A stretch of DNA of 64,000 bases. It comes from Octopus sinensis. Taxonomy: Eukaryota. The notes beneath the pieces were generated by a model, which had not been told where the DNA came from, made no database searches, and was given only the letters and a program-made list of their open reading frames with translations. Numbering within the stretch: the stretch's first letter is position 1; the number at the start of each line of letters is the position of its first letter. The stretch lies in assembly GCF_006345805.1 (NCBI RefSeq), contig NC_042997.1, positions 100,378,001-100,442,000 on the forward strand, written 5' to 3'. Shown in pieces: positions 56,201 through 64,000 of this stretch. The translations under genes were made by a program, and so were the position numbers.

Positions 56201-59200
56201 TTAATGACCATGGAATTGCACCTAGAAAGTTCCCCTCAGAAGCACAAGTCTGGGCAAAGTTGTTTATGGAAGACCAGTAGTCGTCCATGCATACCAGCCT
56301 CTTCTCTTCATGCCACCAATGTTATCCAAGGAAAAGGCAAAGATCAATACAACTTGGCACCAGTGATGATGCAGCTCATTTCTGCAGCTGAGTGAACTGG
56401 AGTAACATGAAATACAGTGTCTTACTTAAGAACACAACACACAGCTCAGTCTGAGAATTGAACTCACTACCTCGTGATTGTGAGCCCAATGCTCTAACCA
56501 CTTAGCCATATGTCTTCATATCTAATTAAAGCTATGCATATTTACAATAACTTTACTTTTAATATAAAAATGAATATTAACATTCATCAAGTTCTTAGTC
56601 TTCATACTTGCACAACTTATAAAAACATATTAAATATCTAGAGAAACATTTTTAGACATTAATTATATTCTTTCTTAGAATTGTTAAAAATAAAATATGA
56701 CAAATGTAAAAAACTTACTTTAACGTCTTTGATGTCTAACATAGCATATGCATGAGTAGGAACAAGACCAGCACGTTCAGCTTCACTTTCATTTATGTCA
56801 CCAGTAGACATTGTAACTAGACAGTCACCTTTGTGAAACCGCTCAAAAATGCGCTTAAATACGTTATCTTTATCAAATGGTGAGGTAGTAGATACAATAG
56901 ATATACGCTCTGGAATCCATCCAGTTAGTGCATTGAGATCGATATTCTGTATTGCATTGAAAAATGAAAATGAAGAAAAATAACTTTTATAAAAATAAAT
57001 CAAGAGCAGCAGCAATGACAAAAAAATTTATTTTTACAATATCACCAGGACATTTACATCAAGATAATGTTATACTCTTCAATTTGCAATATTATGAGGC
57101 CCAGGACAACTACAGTCAAAAACACAGGGATAGTGACTAGTGCACTCTAAACATAGTTAAGCATTGAAAAGAAAGTGTAAGAGTCAGTGTCATGTACCAG
57201 CCAGAATTTCTTTGTGTGTGATTTGGGTTCAGAAATCCGCACCTCTGTCTTCTAAATATTACTTAAAACTATAAGAACATGTTCAGTCTCCAAACAGGCT
57301 ACTAATATCTCTTTGTGTATGTATGTCCATCTATCTGCTTACCTAATAGATACGGTGAAAACATTGCTACTTAAAAACTAGAGACTAGTGATGTTATATA
57401 GAAGAAAAAATATATACACATAAATCATTTTCAAATGAAGCAGGGTTTAAAGAAATTTATTTTTTAAACAACAGCTAGCTTGCAGGAAATGGTATTATCA
57501 ATATAATTATGCAAACTTACTATGAAATATCTTACAGCTTGGAAATTTACAAATGCCAGACAGATAGCTGTACTTAATGACAAAATTATCAAAAAAAAAT
57601 GAGAATGACAATGATGATGATGGTGACAGTGACAGCAACAACAACATTGGGTGGGGTGGAGGACACAAACAAGGATATGAAACCTCCACAAGTTGCATGC
57701 GGTTATATAGGTTATAGATACTATAATCTTTTCAATGGGAATCTCATGTACATATACCAAATGACTTTACACACTTCCAACATGAGCATCTAGTGAGAAT
57801 TTTCACTTTCCTTTGAAAAAGAATATACATGTTCGTGTGTATAATCATATATGTACTCGTGCACAGACATGTTTCATTATAGTAAAAATGTAATTAATAT
57901 ACAAGATGATTAAGGTGGCAAGCCGACAGAAATGTTAGTATACTAGGCAAGATGCTTAGTCGAATTTCATGTCTTTGTGTTCTGATTTCAAATTCCACCA
58001 AGGTCGACTTCGCCTTTCATCCTTTTGGGTTTGATAAAATAAGTACCAGTTGAACATTGGAATCGATGTAATCAATTTGCACCCACCCCTGAATTTGCTG
58101 GCCTTGTGCCAAAATTTGAAACCAATATACAAAATAACTGAAGACATTGAAAAAAAAACTGCACAAAGTTCCATAACTCTTACCGAATTTGATCCTGGAA
58201 AATCATAGCCACCCATCACTTTCATGTATGCCTTCTCCAAAAGCGAGACCCATAGTTCACTTCGATTATTAGAAAATGAACAGAGTAGTTCCGAATTACG
58301 ACCAAGAGGTAAATAGTCATCTATGATCACCTGAAAAACATGACTGCAAAAATCAGTAATTTTTAGTCATTTGTTATTTAAGAACATTCTAAAACCTGTT
58401 TCTGAGATTGTGATAAATATCTAAACTAAAGAAAGAATGTGGAATCTAACTTAAATGTTTGATTATTCTATGATTTTAGACAAAGTTGAAGTCTCTGAAA
58501 ATGTCTAAACTAACAACTTTCCATAAGACAAAGTGGCTTATATTTATAAATGGTTGTGTGGTAAGAAGCCTGCTTCCCAACCACATGGTTTCAGGTTCAG
58601 TCCCACAGCATGGCACTTTGGGCAAGTGTCTTCCACAGACTGTACTGGGTGCTTTATATATAACACCAGCACCCATGCTTTTAATGTAGAACCAACACAA
58701 GGGCTTTTTATGCGGTAGCAGCATCAGTATCAATTCTGCTGTGGTGGACAAACCTTCTTGAGTACAGCAAGACACCCGATATCTTGGTCCTTTGTCATAT
58801 CCTTCATAAGCCTCAGTATCTTGTGATCAGTCCATGTTTGTCCCCCACCACTGCTTAACAACAGGCACTGACATGTTTATTTTCCCATAACTTAGCAGTT
58901 CAGCAAAAGAGGCCGATAAAATAAGTACTAGGCTTAACAAAATAGGTCTTGAGGTTGTTTTGTTCAACAAAACCCTTTCAAGGTGGTGGCCCAGCACAGC
59001 TGCAGTTAAATGACTGAAACAAGTAAAAGATAAATCACTAACATACATTTATCTCTCGATTAAGAATAAAGGGTTTCTTTTTTAACCTGTTATTGATATG
59101 ATATTGCTGTGGTTCACAAGCCATGCCACTTCCTGATGACTGATATTTTTTTTTTTCTCTCACCATGTATTTTATTTTATTTTGGCATTAAGTATGCTCT

Positions 59201-62200
59201 CACAGTCTTATCTAGAGACAAATATGTTGCCTTTCGCAGTAGGTGAACTGCTGAGAGAGTCAACTAGATGGATATGTTTCATTAAAACTAGATAGGAATA
59301 TTTAGGATTAACGAATTAACTTGTATGAACAAAATCTTGAGGGCTCTGTATTGAACAAAAATCTTTAAAATTTTCTTTGGAAATACTGTAACTGGATATA
59401 AATGGTTGTTAATAGTTACCTAGAGATTAAACTTTGCATTTTGGCCACGATCGGTGGCACGTAAAAAGCACTATCCGATCGTGGCCGTTTGCCAGCCTGG
59501 TCTGGCACCTGTGCAGGTGGCACATAAAAAGCACCCACTACACTCTCGGAGTGGTTGGCATTAGGAAGGGCATCCAGCTGTAGAAACACTGCCAGATCAG
59601 ACTGGGCCTGGCGCAGCCTCCTGGCTTCCCAGACCCCAGTTGAACCATCCAACCCATGCTAGCATGGAAAACGGACGTTAAAAGATGATGATGATGTTCT
59701 TTGAATAACATCTGTCTGTGATTTCCTGAACTAACAGAGAATAAGATTCAGTTTTGAATGAATTCATCATGTTGAAAGCTATACTGAAGTGTACAACTTT
59801 CATTATAAGTTTAGCTGAGATATTTTGGAATGATGAATAATAACTCCCGACTGATGGCACCATTGCAGCACTAAAGTGACAACCCTTCAACCCATGCTAT
59901 CCTCCAGAGTTTCCTCTGCTTAGTGGATGGGGTTCCTAATGATTTTTCTCCAGACACTTCATACAACATGCCATAGAGACAGTTGAGTTACTTCTCTAGA
60001 GGAGAGAATTTTGGGGGTTAGTACAAGGGGTTGTTGCTGGTGAGGGACTTACAAGGTTGGAGTGCAAATCCTACCTCAACATCATGATGATTGTAGAGGC
60101 AATGGAGGTTGCCTCAATGTGGCTGTGGATCAGAGGTGTGAGCTCTGGAAGGGACTGTGCTACTAGGAGTAGTACTAACTGGACACAAACTGATGGTGCT
60201 TGAAGAACCCTGGTTGGGTTGCTTTGGGTGAAGGTGTCTAATGTTGAAAGATTCAAAACACCTAATGACCACAGGAAACATCTCTGATGATGTGTCCAGG
60301 GGCATCACAATATGATATTTTACTTGTTTCAGTCATTAGACTGTAGCAATGCTGGGGCACTGCCTAGAAGAATTTTTAATTGAACAAATCAACCCCAGTA
60401 CTTTCTTTTTAAGCCCGGTACTTATTCTATTGGTCTCTTTGCTGAACCACTAAGTTACAGAGATATAAACAAACCATCACCAGCTGTCAACTGGCAGTGG
60501 GAGACAAACACAGACACTAAGACACACACACATATAGATATATATACATATATATATACAACAGGCTTCTTTCAGTTTCTACCAAATTCCATTCACAAGG
60601 CATTGGTCAGCCCAAAGCTATAGTAGAAGACACTTACCCAAGGGCCCACACAGTGGGACTGAACCTGGAACCATGTGGTTGCAAAGCTAATATCTTACCA
60701 CACAGCCATGCCTGTGTCTTTGATGTGTAGAAAAACTAACAACAAACTATATTGATGATACTGGCAATAAACATTTATGACATTCGAGAAACAGTACATT
60801 TATCAATAATACACTATCACAAATAATATTAAAATATACTACCTTCCTTGGCACCCCATTGAGATGCAATTTGATCATGTATTTCCCACATGGATTATAT
60901 ATAGGCTCACCAAGTTTGTTCTGAGGGTAAATAATACTGAAAAAAATTAAAACAAATTCTAAATTTCAATGGATATATAAAAATATTATCTTAAAAATTT
61001 TAAATACCATTTCTGTTTTATATACTGATATTTTCAATATTATAGTGGGCTAATAGAATTGTTAACATGCCAGGCAAAATGCTTAGTGGCACTATGTCTG
61101 TCTTTATGTTCTGAGTTCAAATTCCACCAAGGTTGACTTTGCCTTTCGTTTTATTGGGGTCGATAAAATAAGTACCAGTTGAACACTGGGGTCAATGCAA
61201 TCAACTTGCCTCCTCCAATGAAACTGCTGGTCTTGTGCCAAAATTTGAAACCAATATTTGCAATACAAATATTTTTTAAATATTTCAAAGCCAATTTGTC
61301 AAAGTTGCTAAAAAGAAACCAAGCCTTATTATATAAGCCAGACTAAGTACTCCACCTGAAAATAACAAAACTCAGCCTGCTGACATTACTTCAGTAATCA
61401 TTAATGTTGAGCTGAAAGGATTTCAGACAAAAGGCCTGAAGAGTGTCTCAATCAAAGAACTAACTGATGGAAGCCAAACCACAAAACATGTAACTACTGC
61501 ACTCATAGGAGATTTGAAAGGAACAATACCAAACCACTGCTGTCTGCACACTGTACATTTACTACAGCACTGAAGAAGGTATATAACTCTGCTTGTCTGC
61601 TGACAGGCTACACACAACACATACTGGTTGAGTAGCTCATGATAAGGACAACCAATTATAAAATCACTTGATTAAGAAATAAGCAAATATCCTAATTTCC
61701 AATCACAATACCAGTATTTAAAAATCAATAAATTTTTTAACTGTGGAGCTGTTGGTTCAAGAGTGCATCATCATCATTGTTTAATATCTGCTTTCCATGC
61801 TGGCATGGCTTGGACGGTTTGATTGAAAACTAGTAAGCAGTGGGGCTGCACCAGGTTCCAGTCTGATTTTGCAAGGTTTCTATGGCTGAATGCCCTTCCT
61901 AACACCAACCACTCCGAGAGTGTAGTAGGTGCTTTTTATGTTCCACTAGCATGGGTGCCATTAACCTGATGCTGGCATCGGCCATGACTATGGTCCCACT
62001 TGGCTCGACAGGTTAACACAAGCATGGTATATTGCCAAGGGTCTTGGTCACCTGTCACTGCCTCCATGAGGCCCAATGCTCAAATGGGGCTTTTTGCATG
62101 CCAGTCAAATGACACTGGCATCAGCCACAGCTCCAATTTCACTTGGTTCAACTGGCCTTCACAAGCATAGCATATTGCCCAACCACTGAAGGGTGCTTTT

Positions 62201-62886
62201 AACAGGCTAGTTATGTGACACTGGCATCGGCCACAACTACGATCTTACTTGGCTTGATGATGCTTTTTACATGCCACCAGTATGGGTGCCAGTCAGGCGG
62301 CACTGGCATCGGCCATGACTACAATTTCACTTGGTTCAACTGGCCTTCACAAGCACAGCATATTGCCAGGAATTGAAACCACAATTCCTGGACTAGGTGA
62401 TGTGTTGTGTTCTCAAGAAAAACATTTTATTTCACTTTGCTCCAGTAAACTCAGCTAGTAAGAAAGGGTGATCATGTGACAGACTGGCATCTTGTTCAGG
62501 GAGGAATATACATGCCAGAAAAACTGGGCCTATGCTCCTTACAGAGTAATGTGGACTAACCGCGCACGCGCATGTGTGTGTATGTATGTATGTATGTATA
62601 TGAGGCAGTGCTCCAGCATGGCCATAGTCAAATGACTGAAACAAGTAAAGGAAGAAAAGTATACACACATACAAACTTGCACATGCATGTGAGCACACTG
62701 GGGAAAAACAAGGTGGAAAAAATACTACTCAAATACCAAAGATAAAATAATACAGTATTTTGTTGAAACTAAAAAGACAGACTCCTGTTTTGTTTCATAC
62801 CTTGTTATCAATTTCTTATCAAAACGTCTTTCATATTGTGCAGCAATAGCAAGAGATGCAACAAAACTGCAGTCAGATACAATAGT
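34022..62886 (-). CDS. CAPN7: Calpain-7 (PalB-type) gene, 3' portion: 12 spliced coding exons, 5' end outside window
   Basis: Hand-spliced join(62801-62886,60843-60936,58184-58330,56719-56946,55890-56034,54008-54107,52240-52372,49106-49181,47243-47454,45956-46095,42771-42863,34022-34166) gives 1599 nt with one continuous frame and GT-AG introns. Motifs: TIVSDCSF (Cys), [10 protein letters not shown] (His), LKNPW (Asn), two domain-III repeats, C-terminus [16 protein letters not shown]...AKLQ*. The sequence closely resembles vertebrate CAPN7 as I recall it. Confidence 0.96.
34433..34878 (-). mobile_element. CR1-type LINE 3' fragment, same family as 47820-48170
   Basis: [36 protein letters not shown]; shared terminus ACAGTGCTCAGGTGCAC. 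Confidence 0.82.
36956..38234 (+). mobile_element. Full-length (1279 bp) degenerate mariner transposon, Hsmar1/cecropia-like TIR
   Basis: TIRs TTAGGTTGTTCTGAAAATAATGGCC and its reverse complement GCTATTAATTTCAGAACAACCTAA, with TA on both sides. Transposase from ATG 37136 to GSYFD* at 38156 shows [19 protein letters not shown] and PYSPDL motifs, broken by stops and frameshifts. Lies in the last CAPN7 intron. Confidence 0.93.
38270..39190 (+). mobile_element. RTE-type LINE 3' fragment with 3' UTR
   Basis: [46 protein letters not shown]; same UTR and tail family as 14425-15845. Confidence 0.85.
41490..41900 (-). mobile_element. RTE (BovB-like) LINE 3' end
   Basis: [10 protein letters not shown]...[14 protein letters not shown] and a terminal degenerate Cys/His motif. 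Confidence 0.62.
42771..42863 (-). CDS. CAPN7: CAPN7 exon ([31 protein letters not shown])
   Basis: Acceptor ttattcag, donor CG|gtaagt; 93 nt, phase 2 to 2; not in ORF track. Confidence 0.92.
44330..45059 (+). mobile_element. 5'-truncated mariner remnant with right TIR
   Basis: [39 protein letters not shown]; ends TGCATTATTTATGGGATGACTTA before a (TA)n tract. Confidence 0.85.
45578..45668 (+). ncRNA. Candidate minimal type-I hammerhead ribozyme with a long stem II loop
   Basis: TCC-CTGAAGA-CGGAGGCT...AGCCCCCA-GAAA-T(GGCT)G-TT-GGA: intact CUGANGA/GAAA core, 3-bp stem I, 6 of 8 stem II pairs. Confidence 0.45.
45956..46095 (-). CDS. CAPN7: CAPN7 exon, second domain III ([28 protein letters not shown]...IELMGP-K)
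   Basis: Acceptor ttcttccttgaccag, donor AA|gtaagt; 140 nt; SAGGC motif; not in ORF track. Confidence 0.94.
47243..47454 (-). CDS. CAPN7: CAPN7 exon ([17 protein letters not shown]...[16 protein letters not shown]...YGRK)
   Basis: Acceptor ttattttcag, donor AAA|gtaagt; 212 nt, phase 1 to 0. Confidence 0.95.
47790..48390 (-). mobile_element. tRNA-headed element with CR1-type LINE 3' body and (ATT)n tail
   Basis: Head 48388-48316 with A box TGGCGTAGTGG and B-box-like GATCGATTCC; body LRRLATDL...[10 protein letters not shown]...[18 protein letters not shown]; (AAT)n on plus strand at 47790-47817. Confidence 0.8.
49106..49181 (-). CDS. CAPN7: CAPN7 exon ([26 protein letters not shown])
   Basis: Acceptor ctcttcttgttag, donor T|gtaagt; 76 nt; not in ORF track. 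Confidence 0.93.
50777..50998. mobile_element. TTAA-targeting (piggyBac-type) MITE, 222 bp
   Basis: TTAA|CCCTTTAGCATT ... AATGCTAAAGGG|TTAA with a perfect 12-bp TIR. Confidence 0.9.
52240..52372 (-). CDS. CAPN7: CAPN7 exon, first domain III ([25 protein letters not shown]...[11 protein letters not shown])
   Basis: Acceptor catttcag, weak donor AAG|gtcttc; 133 nt, phase 2 to 0; frame joins the next exon correctly. Confidence 0.9.
53030..53420 (-). mobile_element. tRNA-derived SINE, near-complete and young-looking copy
   Basis: Head TAGGCGCAGGAGTGGCTGTGTGG...GGTTCAGTCCC (A/B boxes), internal (TA)n, tail GACTGAAACAAGTAAAAGAGTAAAAGAG; CpGs retained. Confidence 0.88.
53547..53746. mobile_element. 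Tigger/pogo-type MITE, 200 bp
   Basis: TA|CAGTAATCCATCAC ... GTTGAGGGATTATTG|TA; imperfect TIRs with TA flanks. Confidence 0.75.
54008..54107 (-). CDS. CAPN7: CAPN7 exon ([34 protein letters not shown])
   Basis: Acceptor tttttacag, donor AG|gtaaag; 100 nt, phase 1 to 2; not in ORF track. Confidence 0.93.
54547..54745. mobile_element. Second copy of the TTAA MITE (internal deletion)
   Basis: CCCTTTAGCATT ... AATACTAAAGGG|TTAA; same internal sequence as 50777-50998. Confidence 0.85.
55180..55600 (-). mobile_element. Dispersed RTE 3'-UTR/tail repeat (representative copy)
   Basis: CATGCTAGCATGGAAAACGGACGTTAAACGATGATG tail. Further copies at about 5790-5975, 23040-23360, 39440-39585, 42500-42720, 45170-45320, 59430-59700, 61770-62360. 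Confidence 0.82.
55890..56034 (-). CDS. CAPN7: CAPN7 exon with catalytic Asn ([24 protein letters not shown]...AQSFDN-G)
   Basis: Acceptor ttctttgttcaaag (AAG type), donor G|gtaagg; 145 nt; not in ORF track. Confidence 0.93.
56719..56946 (-). CDS. CAPN7: CAPN7 exon with catalytic His ([14 protein letters not shown]...[17 protein letters not shown])
   Basis: Acceptor caatacag, donor AAA|gtaagt; 228 nt. Confidence 0.95.
57910..58125 (+). mobile_element. Second SINE family (core AAATTCCACCAAGGTCGACTT.GCCTTTCATCCTTT.GGG)
   Basis: Related copies at about 8030-8240(-), 21380-21700(-, two), 31830-32045(-), 32815-33030(+), 46770-47160(-, two), 61050-61260(+). Confidence 0.8.
58184..58330 (-). CDS. 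CAPN7: CAPN7 exon ([10 protein letters not shown]...[25 protein letters not shown])
   Basis: Acceptor tttttcag, donor TCG|gtaaga; 147 nt; calpain motif [11 protein letters not shown]. Confidence 0.95.
59870..60320 (+). mobile_element. Possible HERO/NeSL-like (RLE-type) non-LTR retrotransposon 3' end
   Basis: GC-richer island reading [15 protein letters not shown], similar to the EAAE.AS.WLW motif at the C-terminus of HERO-clade ORFs; recognition from memory only. Confidence 0.45.
60843..60936 (-). CDS. CAPN7: CAPN7 exon ([31 protein letters not shown])
   Basis: Acceptor tttttttcag, donor AAG|gtagta; 94 nt, phase 2 to 0; not in ORF track. Confidence 0.93.
62801..62886 (-). CDS. CAPN7: CAPN7 exon with catalytic Cys ([29 protein letters not shown])
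   Basis: Acceptor tttatacag, donor AG|gtatga; 86 nt, phase 0 to 2; not in ORF track. Confidence 0.93.
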
Positions 62887-63554
62887 CTGTATAAATTCAA
62901 AGAAAAAAAATATTTAATGGTAAAACATAATATCAAGTAACATGAAAGGTACTAAAAACAAGCAAAACTTTAATAAGTCAGAAATACCATCAAATGATCT
63001 TTAGCTAATAGTATCAAATTAATCCTTTGTGTCACATTTTATAATTTGTAGAAGAGAAAAATCAAAGTAGTTAAAGAAATTCTTTCTTCCCTAAAGGGAC
63101 AGGTGTAGCTAGGTGATTAAGAAGTTTACTTCCAAACCACATGGATTCAGGTTCAGTTCCACTGTGGCACATTAAGTAAGCGTTTTCTATAACAGCCCTG
63201 AGATGACCAAGGCCTTGTGAGTAGATTTGGTAGACAGAAACTGAGAGAAGCCTGCCACATCCAGAAATTATTTCAACCAACTCCTCCCTTCATAAATTTT
63301 CAACACATGAAACATGTTTTTTGCGAAGTTTCTAATTTCAAGAAATTGATTGGAATTGTAAAAAAACAACAACAAAAAAATTACGTCTGTAAGTGCGAAA
63401 TATGCTGTTAATAAGATCATAATTTTTCAGACTTTTAACTGCATGTTTAGAGAATACCATATTTTCCAAATATTTATATTTATAATATGTTTTAACTGGT
63501 TTCATTTTTCACTGTCACCAGGTGTCTTGTTTATGGATGTGTACATATGATGAA

Positions 63555-63865
63555 GGCACATGGCTCAGTGGTTAGAGCATGGGGCTCACAATCATGTGGC
63601 AGTGAGTTTGATTTCCACACTAGGCTATGTGTTGTGTTCTTAAGCAAGTCACTTTATTTGACATTGCTCTAGTTCACTCAGCTGTAGTTGCAACATCACT
63701 GGCAGCCAAGCTGTATTGGTCTTTACCTTTCCCTTGGGTAACATTGGTGGTGTGGTGAGGGAAGACTGGTATGAATGGGTGACTGCTGGTCTTCTATAAA
63801 CAACCTTGCCCAGACTTGTACAATCCCATAGTCATTTATGACCAAAGAGGGTCTTTACCCCTTCA
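63555..63865 (+). mobile_element. Third SINE family (GGCACATGGCTCAGTGGTTAG head, TCTTTACCC tail)
   Basis: A box TGGCTCAGTGG; related copies at 17690-18150(+, 3' end duplicated), 56170-56520(-) and about 51390-51680(-). Confidence 0.78.
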
Positions 63866-64000
63866 CATAGTATGATACTAGAAACGAACTAAGAGCCATG
63901 GTTTAAAAGCTAAAAGTAATAACATTTTTATGCATTTTGGTCTTTATATATGCACAAGTGGTCTAATGAATAAGAACAGCATTATTTTTAGTTTACTCTT

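Noticed and set aside
1-64000. CRISPR arrays, rRNA genes or operon-like prokaryotic systems
   Set aside because: None seen; all repeats are eukaryotic microsatellites or dispersed transposons.

Overview
AT-rich, repeat-dense eukaryotic DNA with introns. The SINE/LINE/microsatellite make-up looks like an octopus (coleoid cephalopod) genome; this is inferred from repeat recognition, not from a search. The right half holds the 3' part of a minus-strand calpain-7 (CAPN7/PalB-type) gene. I traced 12 coding exons by hand between 62886 and the TGA at 34022-34024. All have GT-AG boundaries and matching phases and total 1599 nt (532 aa plus stop). They include the Cys/His/Asn triad and two domain-III (CBSW/C2-like) repeats; five of these exons are in the ORF track and seven are not. 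The N-terminal MIT-domain exons must lie beyond the right edge. No gene in the left half could be named; it has a CpG-retaining first 4.6 kb and one orphan plus-strand terminal-exon candidate at 24459-24611. The rest is mostly degraded mobile DNA: mariner copies (one full length with TIRs and TA TSD), RTE, CR1/jockey and possibly HERO LINE remnants, Gypsy LTR/gag and pol fragments, a Penelope-like element, a Helitron-like element, hAT, piggyBac and Tigger MITEs, many tRNA-derived SINEs and long microsatellites. The most notable observations are a 659-bp foldback element with an 8-bp TSD enclosing telomere-like CCCTAA repeats, and two minimal type-I hammerhead ribozyme candidates plus one remnant. 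I see no convincing novel multi-gene system.
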